Shown here: piece by piece, positions 18,159 to 27,555 of the stretch
Layout: each line of letters begins with the position of its first letter
Numbering within the stretch: position 1 is the stretch's first letter
Assembly (NCBI GenBank): GCA_963737265.1
Contig: CAVTRY010000018.1
Location: 128,001 to 192,000, forward strand
Length of the DNA stretch: 64,000 nucleotides
Direction of reading: 5' to 3'
Source: an uncultured delta proteobacterium
GTDB lineage: Bacteria > Myxococcota_A > Polyangia > Fen-1088
Translations under genes and position numbers: made by a program
Notes under the pieces: generated by a model
Told to the model about the DNA's origin: nothing
The model's database searches: none
The model's input: the letters and a program-made list of their open reading frames with translations, nothing else

Positions 18159-19439
18159 GCGTGCGCAGACCACGGGTTGCGGCCGTTGCGGTCTTGCTGG
18201 CGGTGCTGCTGCCGACAGCAGGCGCACCTGCATTCGCGCACGATTTGCCCATGGGAGGATCGCGCTGGAGCTTCGGTCGCAATCGGATCGTCGCCAACAT
18301 CGATCTCGGCCCCTCGCTGTTGCAGGCCATCAAGGGTATGAAGGAGTTGCGCGATCCAGTCGATCTAGTCGAGGGCCTGTCGGACGAGCAGATGCACCAA
18401 GTGGTGACCGAGATCCTCCAGCCGTATCTCGATGAGAAGCTGTCGGTCACCGAGGACGGCAAGGCGTACCCGGTGAAGGTCGATAGGCTGGTGAATAGCG
18501 GGAACGTCACCACGATCTGGATCTCGGTCGAGGGGATCCCACTCGACCTGGGGAGGCCATTCACCATCGATTACAGGCTGCTCTTCGACGAGACCGAGAA
18601 CGCGCACATCAACCTCGCCTACGGATACCTGTCCGAGGCCACCGGAGACGCTCTGAAGTCGGTGTTCGACTTCTCGCCACCCGCGATGCAATACACGTTC
18701 GAGTCGTCGGCGCACGCCTGGACGGTGATCCCCTCGGGCGCCGCCAAGATCGGGGCCAGGGCGGGCATGCAGGCCACCGCGACGCCAAGACCGGCCGTGG
18801 CCAAACCTGCCGTGGGCGTCGTGGCGGCGGTGCCGGGGGCACCCGTGTCGCCTCGCTCGATGTTGGAGGGAGATGCTCGCCAATGTAGGCCGTTTCGTCC
18901 TGCTTGGCATCGAGCACATCCTGACTGGGTACGACCACATCGCGTTCCTCGTGGCGCTTGTGGTCGTCGCCCCGTCGTTCAAAGCCGTCCTGCCCATCAT
19001 CACCGCTTTCACGGCAGCCCACAGCATCACACTGCTCCTGTCGGCCCTGCGTGTGGTCAGCCTTGACTCCAGGCTGGTCGAGTCGGCCATCGCTGTTTCC
19101 ATCTGCTACGTCGCCGTCGAGAACCTGTTTCGGAAGAAGGCCACGCGCCGCTGGCTCGTGGCTTTCTGCTTCGGGCTCGTCCACGGCTTCGGGTTCGCGA
19201 GCGTCCTGCAGAACCTGATCGTCGGGAGGGCGAATCTCGTCAGCTCGGTGGTCTCGTTCAACGTCGGCGTGGAGCTCGGGCAGCTCATGATCTTCGCCGC
19301 CCTGCTCCCATTGCTGCGCTTCCTCGCCGCGCTCATCCAGCCCCGGAAGATCACCATCGCCGCCTCGGCTGCCATCGGCCTTTTGGGGTTCATCTGGGTC
19401 CTTGAGCGGGGCTTCGACTTGAGGCTCCTGCGGCTGTGA
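18155..19439 (+). pseudogene. HupE/UreJ-family membrane protein with N-terminal periplasmic domain, one frameshift near 18863
   Basis: Signal peptide ending AFA-HD. C-terminal GIEHILTGYDHIAFL, TAFTAAHSITL, FGLVHGFGFA and FNVGVELGQ. Deleting one T in atgttggaggg joins the two ORFs; probably intact in vivo. Confidence 0.85.
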
Positions 19440-19453
19440 TTACTGACCCGATT

Positions 19454-19471
19454 CTGTTACAGAGTCGTCGC
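19454..19471 (+). promoter_or_regulatory. Pho-box-like motif
   Basis: CTGTTAC-AGAG-TCGTCGC, 13/18 identical to CTGTCATAAAGTTGTCAC. Confidence 0.5.
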
Positions 19472-19518
19472 TGATAAGTTGCAAATCGGTTCTTCAATGT
19501 GTGGTTACTGTCCGCGCG

Positions 19519-19809
19519 ATGAAAACCTTCCCCATCCATCGATCCGAGAAGCACTCATCATCCGCACACGAGACGACCCGGTGGAAGGTGGCAGTTCTGT
19601 TGGTGGGGTTCGTGTCGATCGGATGGGGCGTTGGCTGCGGTCTTGGCAGCTACGACGACCTGGGCGAGCCAGTCCCGGGACAAGGATGGCCTTGGGTCTG
19701 TCCCGAGGGAGGCGACCCGAGCTTGGACGGCGGTTGCCCACCTGCGGCGAGCATGGATGCGGCAACCGCGGACGACGCTCCAGACGCGGCCCCCGAAGGC
19801 GCGTCGTGA
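19519..19809 (+). CDS. Small putative lipoprotein upstream of the TonB-dependent receptor
   Basis: Hydrophobic segment ending GVGC, then WPWVCPEGG...GGCPP and a myxobacterial DAA-rich tail. Confidence 0.5.
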   Translation: MKTFPIHRSEKHSSSAHETTRWKVAVLLVGFVSIGWGVGCGLGSYDDLGEPVPGQGWPWVCPEGGDPSLDGGCPPAASMDAATADDAPDAAPEGAS

Positions 19810-19859
19810 GAGGATACCGCGACGTCAGCGGTCGCACGAATGGCTCATTTCATTCGATA

Positions 19860-22160
19860 GTGCGATTCGGAGTGCGATTCGGAGTAGCTGTCGGATTGTG
19901 CTTGGCCGCCTGCTGGTCCCGCCCAGCCGCAGCCCAGGACGGCGGGCAAGAACCGGCGCCCGAGCCGTTGGCAGGAAGCCCGGAGGTCGGCCATCCCGAC
20001 TTACTGCCAGCTCCAGCTGTCACGCAAGAGCCGGAGAGCCCCGCAGCCCGGAAGAAGGCCGCGGCGTCGATGGTGGTTTCGCCCGAGCCGGCGGTTTCGC
20101 CTGAGCCGGCCCCCGATGTCACGGTGCTGGGCGCGAGGGAGAAGACGACCGGAACGAGTGAATCCGTGCTGTCGCGACAGACGATTGCATCCCTGCCCGG
20201 GGGTGACGCTCAACCGCTTGCCTACGTGCTGGCGACTCAGCCCGGGTTCGTCGCTGACACGTTCGGTTTCGGGCTCCACGTGCGCGGCGCGGATGGCGGC
20301 TTGCTCTACGTGATCGACGGCATTCCACTTTTGGCCGCCCCACTCGGGGAATGGGGCGCCACGATGGGCTTTATCCCGACAAGGCTGGTGCAGAACCTTC
20401 GCGTCCTGACCGGCGGCTTCCCGGCGGAATTCGGTTCTGGCCTGGGTGCTGTGATCGACATAACCACGCGCCACGCTCTGGGTGGCCCATCTGGGGAAGC
20501 ACAAGCCTCGTACGGGACCTATGGCACGACCAATTACGCCCTCAATTATGCCCAGGAGATCGGAAGGCTAAGCCTCTTCGTCGCCGGCGATGTCCAGAAC
20601 ACCAACCGCGGGTTCGACCCGCCGTCGGTGACACCCATCCTTCACGACAGCATGACATCGGGCAGCGGCTTCATGCGCCTGGACTACCAGCTTCGCGAGA
20701 CCGACCACATCGAGCTCGTCACGACCTTCAATCAGAGTCGGATTCAGATCCCGATCGACCCGACGCTCTTGCCTCTATCCCAGGCCCCAGCGGGAGCGGT
20801 CCGGGGGCCCGACGTGTATGGTAACGAGCCTCCGCCCTTCGTGCCCTACGATGCAAACCCCGTCGAGACCGAACGTAATGTCTTCGCGGCGGTTTCCTAC
20901 CAGCATGCCGGTGCTGGGGGCACGTTGCAGGTTGCCCCCTTTTTCCGCGAAGCCTACGGAAAGCTCACCTGCGATCCCGCCGGATCGTTGGGGCCGACCG
21001 CGGATCCCGGCTCTTCCTGCAGCGATGTCCGCAGGGATGTCCTTCACGGAGGCGGGCTGGCCTCGCTCACATGGGCACAAGGCGAGCGGCACACCTGGAA
21101 GGCAGGCCTGCTTCTCGATGCGGCCCGCAGCAACGTGGATTACACAGCCTACTTCCGCGGCGATGCCGCTCCTTCCGGCGGCGCGGATCCGGCGCAGACC
21201 CTGTCAGGCAGCGACATCACCAACGTGCTCAACGCGGGGGCATTCCTGCAAGACCAAATCCGGCTCGGAAAGTGGCAAATCCTTGGTGGCGCCAGGCTCG
21301 ACATCGAGAGCGCGTCGTTCCTCCACAGCGACGAGCCATCGTTGTTGCTCCTCGGGCCAAGCGCGCGGCTGGGACTTAGTTACGCCGTCACGACGAGCCT
21401 CACGCTGCACGGGTTTGCCGGATACTTGTGGCAACCACCGAGCACGATAGATGCGCCCGTCGCGGCTCGCATCCTCGTTCCTTCCCTCGCCGGGCAGTCT
21501 CTTCCCGTCGATATCAAGGCGGAAAAGGACTGGTCCGCGGAGCTGGGCCTCACCGAGCGTCTACTGCGCGGTTTGACCTTGGACATCACCGCCTGGGGCC
21601 GCATCGCCAAAGATCAACTCGACCGCGTGAACGTAGGCACCACCAACCTCGTCGCCAGCTACAATTTCGAACGCGGGCGCGCCGCCGGGGCCGAAGCCTC
21701 GTGCAGGCTCAGCGGCGGCGCCAATGTCGACGGTTTCGCGAACTTGGGATGGCAGCTCGCGCAGGGCTCGGGCATCAGCTCCGAAAAATTCCTGTTCAGT
21801 CCGGACGAGATCGCTGACAAGAGCTGGGTGATGCTCGATCACGTGCAGACGTGGACCGCAAACACCGGGATCGATCTTCACGATGACCCCGCGAGCACGC
21901 ACGTGTCGGCTCTGCTGAACTATGGCAGCGGGATGCGTACCGGCGCCGACAGCGACAAGACGGTGCCGTCGCATGTGATTGTCGATCTCACGATTCGTCA
22001 CCGTTTCGATATCTTCTCGCACCTGCACCCCGAGATAGCCATCGACGTTCTCAACTTGTTCGACCAAGTCTACGCCTATCGCATTGGCACCGGCTACGTC
22101 GGCAGCGCCTACGGTCCGCTGCGGCGAGTCTTCGTGCGGCTCGCGCTTCCGTTTTCTTGA
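19860..22160 (+). CDS. TonB-dependent receptor (start uncertain)
   Basis: Plug motifs LHVRG, YVIDGIP and VLTGGFPAEFG...GAVIDITTR, barrel strands, and C-terminal NLFDQVY...GPLRRVFVRL. Confidence 0.9.
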   Translation: MRFGVRFGVAVGLCLAACWSRPAAAQDGGQEPAPEPLAGSPEVGHPDLLPAPAVTQEPESPAARKKAAASMVVSPEPAVSPEPAPDVTVLGAREKTTGTSESVLSRQTIASLPGGDAQPLAYVLATQPGFVADTFGFGLHVRGADGGLLYVIDGIPLLAAPLGEWGATMGFIPTRLVQNLRVLTGGFPAEFGSGLGAVIDITTRHALGGPSGEAQASYGTYGTTNYALNYAQEIGRLSLFVAGDVQNTNRGFDPPSVTPILHDSMTSGSGFMRLDYQLRETDHIELVTTFNQSRIQIPIDPTLLPLSQAPAGAVRGPDVYGNEPPPFVPYDANPVETERNVFAAVSYQHAGAGGTLQVAPFFREAYGKLTCDPAGSLGPTADPGSSCSDVRRDVLHGGGLASLTWAQGERHTWKAGLLLDAARSNVDYTAYFRGDAAPSGGADPAQTLSGSDITNVLNAGAFLQDQIRLGKWQILGGARLDIESASFLHSDEPSLLLLGPSARLGLSYAVTTSLTLHGFAGYLWQPPSTIDAPVAARILVPSLAGQSLPVDIKAEKDWSAELGLTERLLRGLTLDITAWGRIAKDQLDRVNVGTTNLVASYNFERGRAAGAEASCRLSGGANVDGFANLGWQLAQGSGISSEKFLFSPDEIADKSWVMLDHVQTWTANTGIDLHDDPASTHVSALLNYGSGMRTGADSDKTVPSHVIVDLTIRHRFDIFSHLHPEIAIDVLNLFDQVYAYRIGTGYVGSAYGPLRRVFVRLALPFS

Positions 22161-22449
22161 GCGGATTCCCGATTCGTGCTGGACGTGAACTACCTGCAAG
22201 CTGCGCGAGTTCGTTGGTTGATGCGCTGAAACGACATGGCATTGTGGTGGCCGAAATCGGCAAGGTACGCTTAAGGCGGATTTCATTGCCTACGAGGGGC
22301 GCGTTTGATCACGGGGCGCGAGTTCCGAACACTCGTGGCTAACGGCTGCACTCGCGCGCCCAATTCTGCGCGCGCTGCCGCGGCGTTTGACGGATGATTT
22401 CACGGCTCGCCAGGTGAAAGGCTGGGGTGGAGCCGGCGAAATGCTCCAA

Positions 22450-22467
22450 CCGTCACCAAGTTGTGAC
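22450..22467 (+). promoter_or_regulatory. Pho-box-like motif upstream of phosphoesterase
   Basis: CCGTCAC-CAAG-TTGTGAC, 14/18 identical to CTGTCATAAAGTTGTCAC; also part of the palindrome CCGTCAC...GTGACGG. Confidence 0.55.
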
Positions 22468-22529
22468 GGCGCGACCTTCTCCGCGGATCCAGGAAAGACC
22501 TCGAACATTCTTCTCTACCGGAGGTCTTC

Positions 22530-25043
22530 ATGAAAACCACCGTTCCACTTTCAAGCCTGCTCCTCCCTTTCACCTTGGTCTGCGGATGCACGGAAAGTGC
22601 GCCGCTCGAACCGACCAGCAAGCCGGCCAAGGCTCTGCTTGAAGAAAACCCACGGTCGCCCGCTTCAGACGAAAACCACGAACGCCTCGATCACATCTTC
22701 TACATCATGATGGAAAACCACGGCACGAGCCAAATCATCGGCAACACTGCTGACGCGCCGACTATCAATGCACTGGCCAGCCAATATGGCCTGCTGACCA
22801 ATTACTTCGGCGTGACCCACCCCAGCCTGCCCAATTACCTCGCGGCAGTCTCGGGAGACTTTCAGGGTATCTGGGACGACTGCAAGGCGGGCTCCGATGT
22901 CACCTGCGCGCCCGAGGAATTCGTGCCCGACTCGGGCGACGCCACTTCCACGGTTCTGCTGACGCCTGCGGAAATCGCCAGCAGCGGCGCCAAACCGCAC
23001 CTCTTCGACGGGGCTAACCTGGTGGATCAGCTCGAGGCGAAGCGGCTGACTTGGAAGGCTTACATGCAGTCCATCCCGGGCGTTGGCTCGACGGTGGAAT
23101 ACGCGCCGGTGGACGTGGTCGCCGGCGTCTCCACGCCACGCAAGCTCTACGCCCAGAAGCACGATCCCTTCATGTACTTTTCGGATATCCGCAGCGATCC
23201 GAAGCGAATGCAGCGGATCGTCCCGTTCGACGGTTTCGCCCACGACCTCAAGAAGGACGACATTCCCAACTTTGTCTGGATCAGTCCCGACCAGTGCCAC
23301 GACATGCATGGCGTCTCCGCGGCCAATGCCGCCGCGGTTGGCATTCCAGACTGCGCGTCGCCCGATTCCGGATTGGATCACAAGGTCATTGCGCTCGGCG
23401 ATGCCTTCCTGAAGACGACGGTGGAAGCCATCATGCATTCGCGCGCGTGGCGCGAAAATTCGGCCATCGTCATCGCCTGGGACGAGAACGATTACACCGG
23501 GACCCAGGGCTGCTGCTCGGCGCCCCTGGGCGCGGGCGGCGATGTTCTTGGCGGCGGTCATGCGCCCGCGCTCGTCATCACCTCGCGCAACGCCCGCCAT
23601 CAGAGCGTGGACACGGCGTTCAACCATTACTCGTTGCTCGGGACCATCCAACGCCTGTGGGGGCTCGACTGCTTGGGCGCCACCTGCGGCTTCGACGATT
23701 CGTCGCTGCTGCTGGGGCTCTTCGATCCCGATGATGCTCGACACGTGCCACACGCGCACGAGGTGCTGGCACTGAGCCGCGTCCGATACGACGGCAACAC
23801 CTTCGACAATACACAAGATTACCCCCTCATCTTCACCGACCCGACAGTGACGGGCATCCAGGGCAGCATCTTCGTCGACATCGTGCCCGCCCTACCGGAC
23901 GCCTCGCCCCTGCGCACGCTTTCGCTCACGGGCATCACGACCAGCTTCAGCTCGAAATCTGAAGGCGCCTTGATGCTTTCGCAGGACCGACGGTTCCTGA
24001 CCTATATGGGCTACGCCGGCGCGGTGGGCGCGGGCGGAGTTTCCAACTCCTACGACACGGCGGCGAACCTGGCCGGCAACACCAATCCGCTCTTCGATCG
24101 CGAGGTCGCGCTCATTGCCGCCGATGGGTCGGTATCCCTGACCGCGGAATCCAATGCCTACAGCGGGGACAATCCGCGAGCGGTCGTCTCGGCCGATGGA
24201 ACGCAGTTCTACATGGCCGGCAATTCCGATTCGACCATTGCCAAAGATAGCACCGGTCCAGGAACCACCATTGGCGCTCGTTACGGCACGCCCGGCTCAG
24301 CGGTTTCCATCGAGCTTGGCGTTTACTTGGCAACAGACCGGCCCGATGAGTCCGCAAAACAACACGTCAAGGATAGTAATTTCCGAGCCATTGGGATCTT
24401 CGGCGGCAACCTGTACGTCGCCAAGGGAAGTGGCGGTAACGGCGACGACGGCGTCTTCCAAGTGCGGAACGGTACGGGCAATGGCCTCCCCCTCGGCACC
24501 GGCAATACCATCGTGCCGCTGTTCAGCGCTCCGGCGACGGATCCGGTCAGCGGGGCACCGTCGCCCTACACGCCGTTCGGATTCTGGTTCGCCAACCCGA
24601 CCACGCTGTATGTCGCGGACGAGGGCTACGCGAACGTGGATTCGAACGGCAACCTCATTCCCGATCCATTGGCCGGCCTGGAAAAGTGGAGCCTGGTCGG
24701 TGGCATCTGGCAGCTCGCCTACGCGCTCACCGCCGGACTCGATCTCTATCAACCGAAGATCGTCCCCGACTATCCGGTCGCGACCTACACGACGGGCCTG
24801 CGCAACATGACCGGCAAGGTGAACGAGGATGGCACGGTGACCATCTACGCGGTTACGTCCCAGTTCAGCTCGATCTCCGCCGGCGAGCCGGATCCCACCA
24901 GGTTGGTCACTATCCGCGATCGGCTGTCGGCAGCATCCGCACCTGCCGCAAATACCGACGACGCACTGGAGGCGTTCGTCACGTTGCAGGGATCCAAGGC
25001 GGGCGAGGTCATCCGGGGCGTCGCGTTCGTGCCCGGCAAATAG
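22530..25043 (+). CDS. Phosphoesterase family (acid phosphatase/phospholipase C-like) lipoprotein fused to a C-terminal beta-rich domain
   Basis: HIFYIMMENH, HPSLPNYLA, TWKAYMQS, YAQKHDPF, PDQCHDMH, AWDE and NHYSLLGTI, plus a second ~430-aa domain ending RGVAFVP. Confidence 0.85.
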   Translation: MKTTVPLSSLLLPFTLVCGCTESAPLEPTSKPAKALLEENPRSPASDENHERLDHIFYIMMENHGTSQIIGNTADAPTINALASQYGLLTNYFGVTHPSLPNYLAAVSGDFQGIWDDCKAGSDVTCAPEEFVPDSGDATSTVLLTPAEIASSGAKPHLFDGANLVDQLEAKRLTWKAYMQSIPGVGSTVEYAPVDVVAGVSTPRKLYAQKHDPFMYFSDIRSDPKRMQRIVPFDGFAHDLKKDDIPNFVWISPDQCHDMHGVSAANAAAVGIPDCASPDSGLDHKVIALGDAFLKTTVEAIMHSRAWRENSAIVIAWDENDYTGTQGCCSAPLGAGGDVLGGGHAPALVITSRNARHQSVDTAFNHYSLLGTIQRLWGLDCLGATCGFDDSSLLLGLFDPDDARHVPHAHEVLALSRVRYDGNTFDNTQDYPLIFTDPTVTGIQGSIFVDIVPALPDASPLRTLSLTGITTSFSSKSEGALMLSQDRRFLTYMGYAGAVGAGGVSNSYDTAANLAGNTNPLFDREVALIAADGSVSLTAESNAYSGDNPRAVVSADGTQFYMAGNSDSTIAKDSTGPGTTIGARYGTPGSAVSIELGVYLATDRPDESAKQHVKDSNFRAIGIFGGNLYVAKGSGGNGDDGVFQVRNGTGNGLPLGTGNTIVPLFSAPATDPVSGAPSPYTPFGFWFANPTTLYVADEGYANVDSNGNLIPDPLAGLEKWSLVGGIWQLAYALTAGLDLYQPKIVPDYPVATYTTGLRNMTGKVNEDGTVTIYAVTSQFSSISAGEPDPTRLVTIRDRLSAASAPAANTDDALEAFVTLQGSKAGEVIRGVAFVPGK

Positions 25044-25099
25044 TGGCTTCACAGTTCGGGGAGCGCTCCGGAGATCACTCAGATTGAGCTAAGCCAGTT

Positions 25100-25690
25100 C
25101 ACCAACCTCGAAGAACAGGGCCTGGATTTGGAAGAAGTCCAGCAGGCCTACACCTTGCTGGGCGCGGACTGGCGCGAGGCGGCCAAGCAGTGGCGCGAGG
25201 CGGGCCATGAATCGCCGCCGGTCATCCTGACCGTCTGCAACCGCACCGAGACGGCCGCGCGCATCGAGCGCCACTTCGTGAAGCGCAATGCCCACTGGCC
25301 CGAGTTGCAGTCGCCGAACCAAACCCTGCGCGTGGATTCCAAGGTGTGGAGAAGGCCGAACTGGGCGAAACGGCAGGCACCGACAAGGACTACGAGAAGC
25401 GGTTGCAGGGCATCGTGGATGCCGTCCGCATTCCCGAGGAGCGCAGGCAAGAGCTGCGGGCCATGAAGAAGGAAGAGCTTCTGCGCGCCATCCTGTGGAA
25501 CGGGGCCAAGCGACGCTACATCCCCGACTTCCTGATTCACCTGACCAACGACAAGACCCTGGTGCTGGAGATCAAGGGCGAGGACAGCGAACAGAACCGC
25601 GCTAAGCTGGCCGCCATGAGCGCCTGGGTGGACGCGGTGAACGGCAAGGGCGGCTTCGGGCTAGTGCTACGATGTCGTCTACGAGATGGC
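25100..25690 (+). pseudogene. Fragments of a type III restriction enzyme Res subunit
   Basis: VQQAYTLLGADW, PPVILTVCNRTETAARIE and TLRVDSK fused directly to the C-terminal nuclease RRYIPDFLIHL...LVLEIKG...WVDAVNGKGGFG; the middle is deleted. Confidence 0.7.
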
Positions 25691-26074
25691 AAAGATGCAG
25701 GACGTGCTGGGGTTGCGCGGGAGATAGCATGCTGCCTGCCCGCGCACGCCGCACGAAGAAGACCGCAGCATCGCCGCGAGCGGCTCGTGCGCCGAAGAAT
25801 TCGCCTCGGAGCGACGCGCCGCTAGTCGATGTGGTTGGCGATTCGAGCACGTTCACAGCGGTGCGCGCGGAGGCTCCGGACAACCCGATGTCGACGCCCC
25901 CGAGCCACCGTGCCAAGTGGCAAAGGCGCCGGTGACGCAATCGCTCAGGCTTGCCAAGGGAGTTCCAAATGCAAAGAACACGCGCGCCAAGGACTGCTCT
26001 CTCGTGCCCCAACAACAAGGACGGTGAGTCCGAGTGGCGGCGATGTAGACGGGTGGGTTGCACGGGTCCGGGTT

Positions 26075-26990
26075 TCATGACTGGGCGGCCTGGGCTTGGG
26101 TGTGAGGCCAGAGGGCGAGCCAGGCCCCCGGGTTGTAGAAGGCAACCCTGAGCGCGACCATGGCTTCAAGGCCGACCTCGCTCCAGAGCATGCCGCCTTG
26201 CTTGCAGCGCCGGCCGACGAGGCGCTTGTTGGTGCTTTCGATGGCGGCACTGGCCAGCGGATAGCCGGCAGCATGGTATGCGGGGTAGTCCATCATGTGC
26301 TTGTGGCGGCTCAGGTAGCCGGTCAAGTCGTCGAGGGCTTTGACCGCTTGGCTGCCGGTGGAGCGCTGCCGCTCTTGGGCGAGGCCCGAGAGCACCTGGT
26401 CGACCTTGCCGTCCATGATGGCCTCGGTACGTGGCAAGACCCAAGATGGCACTGCTTTCTTGTCCGGCACGACCTTGTGACCTGCCTCCCAGACATGCTG
26501 CTTGGCGTGCTGGCAGTCGAGGATGCCAAGCAACGGCTGGTCGCAGAAGATCTCGTCGCTGTGCTCGATGAAGTAAGCGCCACCGTCGGAGACACGGACT
26601 ACCTTCTGGCGAGACAGCACGCCCTGGGTCGTGGCGGCGGCGTGCAGCTTGTGCCAAAAGCCGTCTCGGTCGTTGAGTGTTGCGACGTAGCGCCGGTCCA
26701 GCAAGACGCCTCGGCCGGGGCTCTCCTCGCAGGCGTGTTCCCCGAGGTAGGTCAGTCCCATGCACACCTCGCGGCCGGCGACCCGTGGTGAGCGCCCGGT
26801 GGGCCCCATGGGCGAGCCAGCGACCTCGGACAGGGTACTCGGCGCCTGATGGCGAAGGGCACGTTCGCCGGTCTCGCTGACCGCTGCCGACTGTGTGGCG
26901 TTCGGGACCGCAGACGGCGCCTTCGCCTCGTCGGTCGCTTTGCGCCGTGGCTCTTGTCCTGGTTTCCAGGTCAGGACGTGAACACCGTCG
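26075..26990 (-). mobile_element. ISKra4/ISLre2-like (UPF0236) DDE transposase, 5'-truncated
   Basis: TDGVHV, VSDGGAY, ILDCQHAKQH, MDYPAY...GYPLASAAIES and RCKQGGMLWS. The N-terminus is replaced by the repeat array. Confidence 0.8.
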
Positions 26991-27405
26991 GTTCCCGGTT
27001 CCCCGGTCCGAGGGTCGTTCGCGCCTGGTTCGGTTCCCGGTCCGAGGGTCGGGTTCCCGGTTCCCTGGTTCCCGGTCCGAGGGTCATGCATGGGTTCCCG
27101 GTCCGAGGGTCGTTCGCGGGAAACGAACAACGGATCGCAGTTCCGGTTCCGGTTCCCGGTCCGAGGGTCGTTCGCGGGAAACGAACAACGGATCGCGGTT
27201 CCGGTTCCGGTTCCCGGTCCGAGGGTCGTTCGCGGGAAACGAACAACGGATCGGGCAGTCGCACGAGCCGTGGTTCGGTGGTTCCGGTCCGAGGGTCGTT
27301 CGCGGGAAACGAAACAACGGATCGGGCAGTCGCACGAGCCGTTTGGTTCCGGTCCGAGGGTCGTTCGCGGGAAACGAACAACGGATCGGGCAGTCGCACG
27401 AGCCG
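26990..27405 (+). repeat. Repeat array A: 8 copies of CCGGTCCGAGGGTC, 5 extended to a ~40-nt unit
   Basis: Unit CCGGTCCGAGGGTCGTTCGCGGGAAACGAACAACGGATCG contains a GTTCG/CGAAC hairpin and is separated by GGTTCC-type linkers. Confidence 0.9.
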
Positions 27406-27555
27406 CGGGCCCGGAGCAACATTCCGGTGCTACGGTGAGGCCTCCAGAATCGACAAGCAGCGATCACACGGCAAGATCTGAAGACAGAGAGGGGCCTTGT
27501 GATGTTACAAGCGGGGGCGGGGGACCGCGATTTTCATTCGATGGGGAGGCACCAG

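Noticed and set aside
26990-27405. CRISPR array
   Set aside because: The intervening sequences are themselves repeated and low-complexity, unit lengths are irregular, and no cas genes are present.
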